Part shown: piece after piece, positions 38,521 through 47,209 of the stretch
How positions within the stretch are numbered: position 1 is the first letter of the stretch
Layout: each line of letters starts with the position of its first letter
DNA from: Armatimonadota bacterium
GTDB lineage: Bacteria > Armatimonadota > Fimbriimonadia > Fimbriimonadales > GBS-DC
Direction: 5' to 3'
DNA length: 64,000 nucleotides
Assembly (NCBI GenBank): GCA_037445735.1
Contig: JBBIJY010000003.1
Location: 32,001-96,000, forward strand
The notes under the pieces: model-generated
What the model was told of the DNA's origin: nothing
Seen by the model: only the letters and a program-made list of their open reading frames with translations
The model's database searches: none
Position numbers and translations under genes: made by a program

Positions 38521-39015
38521 ATGGACTTGAACAGCGCACTGGTTCATCTGGCGATTAACCATTTTCCTGTGATGGGCGCGATTGGCGCGGCGCTGATTAT
38601 GCTGGGAGGGCTGATCCGCCGCAGCGCCGACGTGCAGAAGGTGGCGCTCGCAACGATGCTGATAGTCGGCTTGATGGCGTATCCGACCTATCTTTCGGGG
38701 CATCAGGCAGAGGAGCGCGTCGAGCGTATGGCTGGCGTGGACAAAGCCGCACTGGAAGCCCACGAGGAGCTGGGCACGGCGGGACTCTATGTGGGGCTTG
38801 CACTGGGGCTGATCGGGCTGGCGGGGCTGGTCATCAGCCGTGGGAAGTCGGTGCCTGTGGCGATGAGCATCGTCGCGCTGGCGGCAAGCCTGCTCGCATC
38901 AGGCTATATGGGCTATGTCGCGCACTCTGGCGGGCTGATCCGCCATCCCGAAATCAGCGGCGCACCACCCGCTCTTGGTGAAACGCACGAGTCGGAAGAA
39001 GGCGAGCATGAATGA
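38521..39015 (+). CDS. His-containing 4-TM membrane protein (DUF2231-like)
   Basis: HLAINHFP, SGHQAEE, HEE, AHSGGLIRHPE. Confidence 0.65.
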   Translation: MDLNSALVHLAINHFPVMGAIGAALIMLGGLIRRSADVQKVALATMLIVGLMAYPTYLSGHQAEERVERMAGVDKAALEAHEELGTAGLYVGLALGLIGLAGLVISRGKSVPVAMSIVALAASLLASGYMGYVAHSGGLIRHPEISGAPPALGETHESEEGEHE

Positions 39016-39027
39016 GGGAGTGAAAGC

Positions 39028-39414
39028 GTGAGACCTGCAACCCGTCTGGTTGCGCTGACATGGCTGGCAATCGGTGTCAGCACGCTCTATCTGGCGTGGC
39101 GGGGTACGCCGATGCCCGTCAGCCTCAAGTTCTTCGCCGTCTTGCAGGTGGCAGGCGCAATTCTGACCTCCCTGCGCCATCCAGCGGGCTGGCTCATCCT
39201 GATTACCATGTCGGTCTTCACGATGGTGTCGGGGCTGTTCGCGCTCATCAGCGTGCCGTTTTTGCCGCCCGAATCGCTGAAGGACGCGCCGCGCATCGGT
39301 GGGCTGGACCCGCGCTGGCTGGCGAGCGCGACCGCGCTCTTCGCCGTTCTCTTCGGGCGAGCGAGCTGGCTCTGGCTGCGCAGGGACACGCCCAGCAACT
39401 GGCGAGCGGTATAA
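39028..39414 (+). CDS. hypothetical membrane protein
   Basis: GAGGGAG SD, four hydrophobic segments. Confidence 0.6.
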   Translation: MRPATRLVALTWLAIGVSTLYLAWRGTPMPVSLKFFAVLQVAGAILTSLRHPAGWLILITMSVFTMVSGLFALISVPFLPPESLKDAPRIGGLDPRWLASATALFAVLFGRASWLWLRRDTPSNWRAV

Positions 39415-39433
39415 TTGAGCAGGTGATGCCAGT

Positions 39434-39988
39434 ATGGCAAGCGCGGTTCGTCAGCGTATGAGCGTTGCGGAATTTGAACGCCACTATCTGGGCAAACGCG
39501 CCGAGCTGTGGCGCGGGGAGGTGCGCGAATATATGCCAGCAAGCCCCAAACATGGAAAAGTTGCGCTGAATATTGGCGCCGAGATACACGCTTTCGCTCG
39601 CCAGCACCAGCTGGGCGTGGCTTTCGCCGCCGAGACGGGTTTTATTCTGCGCACGCCTGCGGGGGAGAGCGTGCTGGCGCCCGATGTGGCGTTCATCCGC
39701 AAAGAGCGCCTGCCCGAAGGCGAGTTCCCGGCGGGCTTCTGCCCGATCGTGCCCGATCTGGTGGTGGAGGTGGTCTCGCCCAGCGATTCGTACGCCGATG
39801 TGCGGGAGAAGGTGAGCGAGTGGCTGGCGGGCGGCGTGCCGCTGGTGTGGGTGGTAGACCCCCAGCGACGCGTGGTGGAGGTCTGGCGAGCAGGCGAGCC
39901 TGTGCAGACGCTGAGCGAGGGCGACACGCTTTCGGGTGATCCCATCCTGCCGAACTTCCAGATCAAAGTCAGCGCGCTGCTGGAGTAG
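39434..39988 (+). CDS. Uma2 (DUF820) family endonuclease-like protein, copy 1
   Basis: ELWRGE, APDVAFI, PDLVVEVVSPSD, WVVDP. Confidence 0.93.
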   Translation: MASAVRQRMSVAEFERHYLGKRAELWRGEVREYMPASPKHGKVALNIGAEIHAFARQHQLGVAFAAETGFILRTPAGESVLAPDVAFIRKERLPEGEFPAGFCPIVPDLVVEVVSPSDSYADVREKVSEWLAGGVPLVWVVDPQRRVVEVWRAGEPVQTLSEGDTLSGDPILPNFQIKVSALLE

Positions 39989-40021
39989 CCTGTCGCGGTA
40001 TCATCACGGGGGTGATTACAG

Positions 40022-40576
40022 ATGGCAAGCGCGGTTCGTCAGCGGATGAGCGTAGCGGAGTTTGAACGCCACTATCTGGGTAAACGCGCCGAACTGTGGC
40101 GCGGGGAGGTGCGCGAATATATGCCAGCGGGTCCAAAGCACGGAAAGGTCGCCGCCCGACTGACGGTTCGAATCGGGGCATATCTGCTGAACACGCGCGA
40201 AGGGGAGCTATTTGCCGCCGAGACGGGTTTTATTCTGCGCACGCCTGCGGGGGAGAGCGTGCTGGCGCCCGATGTGGCGTTCATCCGCAAAGAGCGCCTG
40301 CCCGAAGGCGAGTTCCCGGCGGGCTTCTGCCCGATCGTGCCCGATCTGGTGGTGGAGGTGGTCTCGCCCAGCGATTCGTACGCCGATGTGCGGGAGAAGG
40401 TGAGCGAGTGGCTGGCGGGCGGCGTGCCGCTGGTGTGGGTGGTAGACCCCCAGCGACGCGTGGTGGAGGTGTGGCAGGCAGAAGGGCAGGTGCGAACTCT
40501 CTCCGAGAACGACACGCTCACGGGTAAACCCGTGTTAAGGGGCTTTCAGGTGCAGGTCGCGGAGCTGTTCGAGTAG
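40022..40576 (+). CDS. Uma2 (DUF820) family endonuclease-like protein, copy 2
   Basis: Tandem paralog; 40214-40470 is identical to 39626-39882. Confidence 0.93.
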   Translation: MASAVRQRMSVAEFERHYLGKRAELWRGEVREYMPAGPKHGKVAARLTVRIGAYLLNTREGELFAAETGFILRTPAGESVLAPDVAFIRKERLPEGEFPAGFCPIVPDLVVEVVSPSDSYADVREKVSEWLAGGVPLVWVVDPQRRVVEVWQAEGQVRTLSENDTLTGKPVLRGFQVQVAELFE

Positions 40577-40578
40577 CC

Positions 40579-42744
40579 TTATGCTTCCTCCAGCGATGCG
40601 CTCTGCAGGGGCAGGGTGAGCATACCTGTGCCGCCCGGAAACATCACCGTGATGAACTCCCCGGTCGTGCGCACAACGATTCCGAACCCGTGCTGGGGAT
40701 GGCGCACGCGCTGCCCTGGCAGAAAATGCGACGCTGCCGACGGGCTGCGCCGCTTCGACGGATGGGCAGGTTGAACATCGGGCTGGCGCGGCTGGTACGC
40801 GCCCAGCATCAGCTGATGGAGCGTCGGAGTCTCCAGCCCTTTGAGCGCCCGCAAAAAGGACGACGGCTCGCTCCACCGACGGCTGCCGTAATAGCGACGC
40901 GACTGCGCAAAGGTCAGGTGCAGCTCGTCCATCGCGCGCGTCATACCCACATAGCAGAGCCGACGCTCCTCCTCTATATCGGCGGGCGTCTCGCACAGCG
41001 CGTGCGGCAACAGCCCGTTCTCCAGACCGACCAGAAAGACCACCGGGAACTCCAGCCCTTTGGCGGTGTGCAGCGTCATCAACAGCACCTGATTGCCCCG
41101 CTCGCCGAGCGTGTCGGCGTCGGTCGCCAGCGCCACATGCTGCAGGTATGCCATCGGGGAGGCGTCGCCACTGGTCGCCAGCATCTCGTCCTCGAACCGC
41201 TGCACCTCGTTCAGCAGCTCGCGCACATTGGCGGCGCGATCCACCGATTCGGCGTCCCTGCGCTCCTCCAGCCATGTCAGGTAGCCCGTGCGCTCGATAA
41301 TCTGCTTCATCAACGCGCTCAGCGGCTCGCGCTCGGCAACCGCTCGCAGCGATTCAATCAGGGTGACGAAGCTCTGGATGGCTTTCACTGCCTGCGCCGG
41401 CATCAGCTGGAGCAGGTCGGGGTCCTGCATCGCGCGGTAGGGGCTGACGAGCCGCCCGGCGGCATGCAGCTGAATCGCGAGCAGGGTCTGCTGCCCGATT
41501 TTGCGCGGCGGCGTGTTGATGATGCGTCGCAGGCTCACCGTATCGTCGGGATTGACCACCAGGCGCAGGTAAGCCAGCAGGTCTTTGACCTCTTTGCGGT
41601 CGTAAAAGCGCAACGCGCCCACGATGCGGTGCGGGATGCGCTCGCGCAGGAACCGCTCCTCGAACACGCGCGACTGGGCGTTCGTGCGATAGAGGATGGC
41701 GAAGTCGCCGTAGCGGCGCTGACCCTGATAGACCCGCCGCTGGATATATTCGGCAATCAGCCGCGCCTCCTCCTCTTCGTCGCTGACAGGGGTGAGCGTG
41801 ACGGGGATGCCGTCCGTACGCTCTGTCCACAGGCGCTTGGGCGCACGAACCCTGTTCTGGCTCACGATTCGCACCGCCGCGTCCAGAATCGGCTGGGTGG
41901 AGCGATAGTTGCGCTCCAGCTTGACCACCTTCGCGTCGGGAAAGTCCTGCTCAAAGCGCAGAATCAGCTCCGGCTCCGCGCCCCGAAAGCGATAGATCGA
42001 CTGGTCATCATCGCCCACTACGCAGAGGTTGCGATGCTCGCTTGCCAGCATGCGCACCAGCACATATTGCGCGTAGTTCACATCCTGATATTCGTCCACC
42101 AGAATATAGCGGAACTGCTGCTGATACCGTTCCAGCACGCGCGGCTGCTCGCTGAACAGGCGAATAACCATCAGCAGCAGGTCGTCGAAATCGAGCGCGT
42201 TCGCCGCCTGCAAGGCTTGCTGATAGCGCGGGTAGACGCTGGCGACGATGCGCTCGAAATAGTCCACCGCGCGCGCAACATACTGTTCGGGCGATAGCAG
42301 TCGCTCTTTGGCGCGGCTGATAGCGTTGCGAATCGAGCGCGGGTTGAACTGTTTCTCGTCTAAATCCAGCTCGCTCAGCACCTGACGGATGAGGTCGAGC
42401 TGGTCGTTCTCGTCGTACACAAGGAAGTTGGGCGGGATGTCGATGGCGCGTCCGCTCTCGCGCAGGATTCGGGCGCAGATGGCATGGAAGGTGCCTATCC
42501 ACAGCCCGCGAATGTCCATATCCAGCAGCCGTTGCAGGCGTTCCTTCATCTCGTCGGCTGCTTTGTTGGTGAAGGTCACCGCCAGAATCTGGCTGGGCGC
42601 GACGCCGTGCGTGTAGATGAGATTGGCGATGCGATAGGTGATGACGCGCGTTTTGCCGCTGCCCGCGCCCGCAAACACCAGCAGCGGGCCGTCCCTGTGC
42701 AGCACCGCCTCCAGCTGCTCCGGGTTCAGCGCCCCCAGATCCAT
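40579..42744 (-). CDS. pcrA: UvrD/PcrA DNA helicase
   Basis: AGAGSGKT, TFTNKAA, VDEYQD, GDDDQSIY, NYRST, TLHTAKGLEF, EERRLCYVGMTRA. Confidence 0.96.
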   Translation of the reverse strand: MDLGALNPEQLEAVLHRDGPLLVFAGAGSGKTRVITYRIANLIYTHGVAPSQILAVTFTNKAADEMKERLQRLLDMDIRGLWIGTFHAICARILRESGRAIDIPPNFLVYDENDQLDLIRQVLSELDLDEKQFNPRSIRNAISRAKERLLSPEQYVARAVDYFERIVASVYPRYQQALQAANALDFDDLLLMVIRLFSEQPRVLERYQQQFRYILVDEYQDVNYAQYVLVRMLASEHRNLCVVGDDDQSIYRFRGAEPELILRFEQDFPDAKVVKLERNYRSTQPILDAAVRIVSQNRVRAPKRLWTERTDGIPVTLTPVSDEEEEARLIAEYIQRRVYQGQRRYGDFAILYRTNAQSRVFEERFLRERIPHRIVGALRFYDRKEVKDLLAYLRLVVNPDDTVSLRRIINTPPRKIGQQTLLAIQLHAAGRLVSPYRAMQDPDLLQLMPAQAVKAIQSFVTLIESLRAVAEREPLSALMKQIIERTGYLTWLEERRDAESVDRAANVRELLNEVQRFEDEMLATSGDASPMAYLQHVALATDADTLGERGNQVLLMTLHTAKGLEFPVVFLVGLENGLLPHALCETPADIEEERRLCYVGMTRAMDELHLTFAQSRRYYGSRRWSEPSSFLRALKGLETPTLHQLMLGAYQPRQPDVQPAHPSKRRSPSAASHFLPGQRVRHPQHGFGIVVRTTGEFITVMFPGGTGMLTLPLQSASLEEA

Positions 42745-42770
42745 CAGGGTACAGTGTACCCGAAAAAATA

Positions 42771-42832
42771 ACCCCCTGCTTCCCTCTCTGGGACGAGGGC
42801 TACCTGAACCCCTTCCCCTTCACGGGGTAGGG
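42771..42832. repeat. degenerate palindromic repeats
   Basis: CCCTCTCTGGGACGAGGG and CCCTTCCCCTTCACGGGGTAGGG. Confidence 0.45.
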
Positions 42833-43010
42833 CGTCGTTCCCAAGCGGGCTGCCCGCGCGAAAAGGGTATTCTGTCTGGCGATGCTGGCACAGTACAGCA
42901 CGCCCGTCGTCAACCATGCCCCTGAAGAGCCGCACGAGGAACTGGAGCCTTGAAGGAGCCAGCCGTTGCCGACAGCACCTGAGGCGGGTATACCCCTGTC
43001 GGGGAACGCG

Positions 43011-43266
43011 ATGGTCAAGTGGGTCAAAGTGAAATATCGAGGTGGCGTTCTGGAGCCGCTGGAGCCGCTGGGGCTGGAAGAAGGCGCCGAGCTGACCGTG
43101 ATGATTCCTGCTCTGGGGGAAGCGTCGGGAACCGATGAAAGCATTACGGCGACCGCAGGCGCGTGGGCAGACCTGACAGGTGGCTATCAGCATCCTCTCG
43201 CTGGCGGAGCTTTACGAAGGTGTGTTCCGCGCTCGCGAGCCGCGGGCAGCTGAAGACGAATCTTAG
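43011..43266 (+). pseudogene. deleted toxin-antitoxin module: AF2212/DUF104-like antitoxin joined out of frame to a PIN/VapC fragment
   Basis: VKYRGGVLEPLEPLGLEEG...TAGAW, then another frame (43180-43266) VAISILSLAELYEGVFRAREP. Confidence 0.7.
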
Positions 43267-43398
43267 CCCCCAGAATCGCCCCAAAAGGGGCAAATGGGGA
43301 CAAAAGTCCTGTTCGGTTCCGCGCAAAAGTGGTGTATAATAGGCGATGGGGGAGCGACGCCTCCCCATTGAAACACTCTTTGGAAGGGGGTCAAGACG

Positions 43399-44097
43399 AT
43401 GCGTACAGTGCGATGGAACCGAGGGCGCGTCGCGCTGAATGCGCGACTGAGTGGGGTGCTGGTGATAGGGCTGATGACGCTAACGGCGTTGATGGCACAA
43501 CCGGTGTACTGGGAAGGAAACGGGCATTATTACGAGTTTGTTCTCAGCAGCTCAATCTCATGGCAAAATGCTCGTAGTCAGGCGGAACAGCGGACTTACC
43601 AGTGTCGTCGTGGGTATCTGGCAACGATTACCTCTCAAGCAGAGCAAGACTTTGTTTGGAATCTGCTCCGTACGAATTACACCTGTGGTGGCGTATCATC
43701 ACAGTTCTATCTCGGTGGATATGAGAATCCTGCGGGGAGCGGGAACTGGCACTGGGTCACTGGGGAACCGATGGACTTCACTTACTGGGAGCAAGGCGAG
43801 CCGAATAATCGGGGTTATGAAACGGTGATTGCGCTTGGGTTGTTTTGCTCCGGGCGCTGGAATAATGTTCCGCCCGATGGGTCATGGGGAGCGCGCGGCT
43901 ATATCGTTGAGTATAGTGAAGCCGGCACAAGCGGCGATGTAGACCAGAACGGCTGCGTGGACGATGCTGACTTGCTGGCAGTGCTGTTTGCGTTTGGACA
44001 AACAGGCAGTGGACTCCCTGAAGATGTCAACTGTGATGGCACAGTGGACGACGCCGACCTGTTGACTGTGCTGTTCAACTTCGGCAGCGGGTGTTAG
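43399..44097 (+). CDS. secreted C-type lectin-like protein with dockerin-like tail
   Basis: NGHYYEF, SWQNAR, GYLATITSQAEQDF, WVTGEP, WEQGEPNN, WNNV, GYIVEY; tail ending FGSGC. Confidence 0.88.
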   Translation: MRTVRWNRGRVALNARLSGVLVIGLMTLTALMAQPVYWEGNGHYYEFVLSSSISWQNARSQAEQRTYQCRRGYLATITSQAEQDFVWNLLRTNYTCGGVSSQFYLGGYENPAGSGNWHWVTGEPMDFTYWEQGEPNNRGYETVIALGLFCSGRWNNVPPDGSWGARGYIVEYSEAGTSGDVDQNGCVDDADLLAVLFAFGQTGSGLPEDVNCDGTVDDADLLTVLFNFGSGC

Positions 44098-44306
44098 CCC
44101 TCACCCCCCTCATCCGTACCCTCTCCCCCAGAGGGGGAGAGCGGGGTTTCGTTTCTCCCTCTCCCCTCTGGGGAGAGGGCTGGAGTGAGGGGTTTTCTAC
44201 CAGCATGAGGCTCGTAGCCCCCTCACCCGTACCCTCTCCCCCAGAGGGGGAGAGGGACCTGGAAAAAACCCCTCGCCCGCAGCGGGGGGGGGTAAGGAGG
44301 TGAGGG
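44098..44306. repeat. cluster of about four palindromic repeats in alternating orientation
   Basis: e.g. CCCCCTCACCCGTACCCTCTCCCCCAGAGGGGGAGAGGG and inverted CCCTCTCCCCTCTGGGGAGAGGGCTGGAGTGAGGGG. Confidence 0.92.
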
Positions 44307-44316
44307 TTTCCAGGCG

Positions 44317-45828
44317 CTATTCGGGTGCGCGGAACATCACCAGCGATTCGACCGTGCGATCCTCCACCTGGCGCAGCACGCGCAGGCGCACGGTCTGACC
44401 GCCTTTGATGCCCTGAACCGCCTGCTCGAAGTCGCGCGGCGAGTTGACGGGCTTATCGTTGACGGCGATAATCAGGTCGCCCGCCTGCAAGCCCGCTTCG
44501 GCAGCCGGGCTATCGCGGTCGACCTCCGTCACGAACGCGCCCTGCTGACGATTGAGCGCGCGGCGCACATCGTCGGGCACGCTGCCCACGCGGATACCCA
44601 GCTTCTCAATCGGGCTGGGCGGTGTCAGCTCCGCTTTGCCGCGCACAGGCGGCGTCTTCACATCCTCCGGATGCTGACCCAGTGTGGCGGACACCGTGAG
44701 CGTTTTGCCCTCCCGCACAATCTTGAAGCGCGCTTCCGCGCCCGGACCCTTCTCGGCAATCATATCGCGCAGGGCGACCTGATCCTCGATGGGCTTACCA
44801 TCCATCTCGATAATCACATCGCCTGCGCGGATGCCCGCCTTGTCGGCAGGCGAGCCGATTTCGACCTGCACCACCAGCGCGCCGCGCTCCACCTTCAGCT
44901 CCTGCTTCATCTCCGGGCTGAGGTCATCCAGCCCCACACCGAGATAGCCGCGCACATAGGAGCCTTTCTCGATGAGCTGGCGCACGACCGACTTCGCGCG
45001 ATTGATGGGGATGGCGAAGCCAACGCCCACATTGCCGCCCGTCAGCCCGCTGACAATCGCCGTGTTGATGCCAATCACCTCTCCCCGCGCGTTCACCAGC
45101 GGACCGCCAGAGTTGCCGCCGTTGATCGCGGCATCGGTCTGAATCAGGTCCGGGTAGAAGCGGGGCATATCAGCGCCGCCAATCACCTCACGGCGACCAA
45201 CCGCGCTCACGATGCCCATCGTAACGGTCTTCTCCAGCCCAAATGGGCTGCCAAACGCGAACACAATCTGACCCGGCTTCACCGTTGACGAATCGCCCAG
45301 CACGGCGGCGGGCAGGTTGCGGCGGTTCACCTTCACCAGCGCGATATCCATATTCGGCGCACGCAGCACCGTGCCGTTCGCCTTGCTGCCGTCCGCGAAG
45401 GTGACCTCCACCTCGTCCGCACCGCTGACCACATGGTCGTTCGTCAGGATGTAGCCGTCACTGCGGATAATCACGCCTGAACCCTCGCCCTGAATCACGC
45501 GCGGGGGCGCAAACTGAGGCAGGTTGGGCAGCTCGTCATCGGGAATACCAAATCGGCGGAAGAAGTTGCGCAGGTCATCGTCGTCCTGAATGCGTGTCTG
45601 CGGCAGGCGCTTTTTGACCCGAATGTGAACGACCGTCGGCTGAACGGTCTCCACCAGTCGCGCGAACGCCGATTCGAGGCTCACCAGCGTGGTGCGCTCC
45701 TGCGGCGTGAACAGGACCGTTGCCAGTCGCTCCTGCGCAATCGCGCCCAGCGGCGAGCGCAGCGCCAGCACCGCGCCCACGCCCAAAACAGCCACGATAC
45801 CCACGATTAACCACCAGCGTCTCATCAT
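44317..45828 (-). CDS. htrA: DegP/HtrA serine protease with two PDZ domains
   Basis: GSGVII, TNDHVV, DIAL, QTDAAINGGNSGGPL, two PDZ domains. Confidence 0.95.
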   Translation of the reverse strand: MMRRWWLIVGIVAVLGVGAVLALRSPLGAIAQERLATVLFTPQERTTLVSLESAFARLVETVQPTVVHIRVKKRLPQTRIQDDDDLRNFFRRFGIPDDELPNLPQFAPPRVIQGEGSGVIIRSDGYILTNDHVVSGADEVEVTFADGSKANGTVLRAPNMDIALVKVNRRNLPAAVLGDSSTVKPGQIVFAFGSPFGLEKTVTMGIVSAVGRREVIGGADMPRFYPDLIQTDAAINGGNSGGPLVNARGEVIGINTAIVSGLTGGNVGVGFAIPINRAKSVVRQLIEKGSYVRGYLGVGLDDLSPEMKQELKVERGALVVQVEIGSPADKAGIRAGDVIIEMDGKPIEDQVALRDMIAEKGPGAEARFKIVREGKTLTVSATLGQHPEDVKTPPVRGKAELTPPSPIEKLGIRVGSVPDDVRRALNRQQGAFVTEVDRDSPAAEAGLQAGDLIIAVNDKPVNSPRDFEQAVQGIKGGQTVRLRVLRQVEDRTVESLVMFRAPE

Positions 45829-45849
45829 ATTTCACCTCCCTGCAACAGA

Positions 45850-46458
45850 TTATTTGACCTGCAGCCCAAAAGCGGGCTGAAACGAGTCCACAGGCTGCCA
45901 TCCTGCCCCTGTGGGCATTACAGCCGGTTGAGACGGATACAGCGTGGAAGGGTTCGGGGCAATCCATATCTCTATTGGGGCAGGGTTCTGCAGAGGCTCA
46001 TAACGGGTATTAATCAAAGAGCTGTTTGGAGAGCGCTGGAGTAAGGGGAGCGGGACAGCTCGGCTGGAATAAGTGCTGGTAAGGGTCGGGTTCAGGGCAT
46101 CGCTTTGCATGGGGCGGATGGGATTCTCTTCGTCATAGGCGGAAAACCAGAACAGCAACGCGACGGTGGCGGCGGCACCCCATGCATAGCGCCACCACCG
46201 CGTGCGCCAGATCAACCGCCGACGCCCCTGCTCAACCACGCGCTGCCGATGCAAGCGCTGTAAAACCGCTTCGGGTCCTCTCAGAGGAACCACGGTGGGC
46301 AAATGGCGCATCAGGTGCTTCATGCGCCGAAGGGTCTCGTACTCCGCCGAGCATTCCAGACAACACTCCAGATGAGCGCGAACCCGCTGCTGCTCCCAGC
46401 CCGTCAACTCCATGTCGATATACGCCGAAAGGTGAGACTGCACATAGCGACAGTTCAT
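45850..46458 (-). CDS. zinc-binding (zf-HC2) transmembrane anti-sigma factor
   Basis: C...LSAYID...HLECCLEC (HxxxCxxC), one TM, coupled to the sigma gene. Confidence 0.9.
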   Translation of the reverse strand: MNCRYVQSHLSAYIDMELTGWEQQRVRAHLECCLECSAEYETLRRMKHLMRHLPTVVPLRGPEAVLQRLHRQRVVEQGRRRLIWRTRWWRYAWGAAATVALLFWFSAYDEENPIRPMQSDALNPTLTSTYSSRAVPLPLLQRSPNSSLINTRYEPLQNPAPIEIWIAPNPSTLYPSQPAVMPTGAGWQPVDSFQPAFGLQVK

Positions 46459-47057
46459 TTCAAATCACCTCGCTCGAAAAGTTCAGGGTACTTCTTCATC
46501 AGGTAATCGCGCAGCTGTTTGCGCCCGCGATGGATTCGCGAACGCACCGTGCCGATGGAGGTGCCCATAATCTCGGCAATCTCCTCATAGGAGTGCCCGT
46601 AGCTGTCCGCGAGCACGACCGCCGTGCGGAACTCCGGGGGCAACTGCTGGAGACCCTCCTCGATGGCGTCCACATACTCCCGATCGAGCGCGATCTCCAG
46701 CGGGCTAAGACCCGGATCGGGCAGCTCCAGCGGCGTGCCCTCCTCACCCTCATCGGTCAGCAACGGCTCATCCAGCGAAACGGTCTTCAGCCGACCACGC
46801 CGACGATACTCGTCAATATAGAGATTGGTCATGATTCGGCTGAACCAGTTCATGAAGGGCATACTGCGGTCGTAGCGGTCAAAAAAGCGGTAGGCGCGCA
46901 GAAAGGCATCCTGCACCAGGTCCTCCGCATCGGCGGTGTTCCCTGTGAGGCGGTAGGCAAGGTTGTAGGCTTGACGATAGTGACGGCGCACCAGCTCATC
47001 AAATTCGCGCTGAATCTCGTCTTCCATGCATTTCGCTGCCGCCGTATAAGTCACCAT
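46455..47057 (-). CDS. ECF RNA polymerase sigma factor (SigE/SigW-like)
   Basis: DAEDLVQDAF, SYEEIAEIMG, GTVRSRIHRGR; GGAGG SD. Confidence 0.95.
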   Translation of the reverse strand: MVTYTAAAKCMEDEIQREFDELVRRHYRQAYNLAYRLTGNTADAEDLVQDAFLRAYRFFDRYDRSMPFMNWFSRIMTNLYIDEYRRRGRLKTVSLDEPLLTDEGEEGTPLELPDPGLSPLEIALDREYVDAIEEGLQQLPPEFRTAVVLADSYGHSYEEIAEIMGTSIGTVRSRIHRGRKQLRDYLMKKYPELFERGDLK

Positions 47058-47078
47058 TCCCGCCTCCATCAAGAGGGT

Positions 47079-47106
47079 TATACGAGGGCGGATAGCGAGA
47101 AGTTCC
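47079..47106 (-). promoter_or_regulatory. ECF promoter (GGAAC-N17-CGTATA), probably autoregulatory
   Basis: Lies just upstream of the sigma SD; same motif at hsp20. Confidence 0.75.
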
Positions 47107-47139
47107 CCGTCAGCGGCTCCGCTTCCCTCCTCACCTTAT

Positions 47140-47167
47140 TAGACGCACCGATAGTATACCCTGTTCC
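47140..47167 (-). promoter_or_regulatory. second ECF promoter (GGAAC-N17-CGTCTA)
   Basis: Tandem with the first, same spacer. Confidence 0.65.
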
Positions 47168-47209
47168 ACCCGTCTGGCACGGTGGCGGGGCAGGTGAGGA
47201 GGGTTCCCC

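Noticed and set aside
39434-40576. Diversity-generating retroelement (Uma2 pair, tail repeats, C-type lectin gene)
   Set aside because: Differences are not adenine-specific, no template repeat was seen, and there is no reverse transcriptase in the window.
44098-44306. Repeat clusters as a CRISPR array
   Set aside because: Units vary in sequence and orientation, spacing is irregular, and no cas genes are present.
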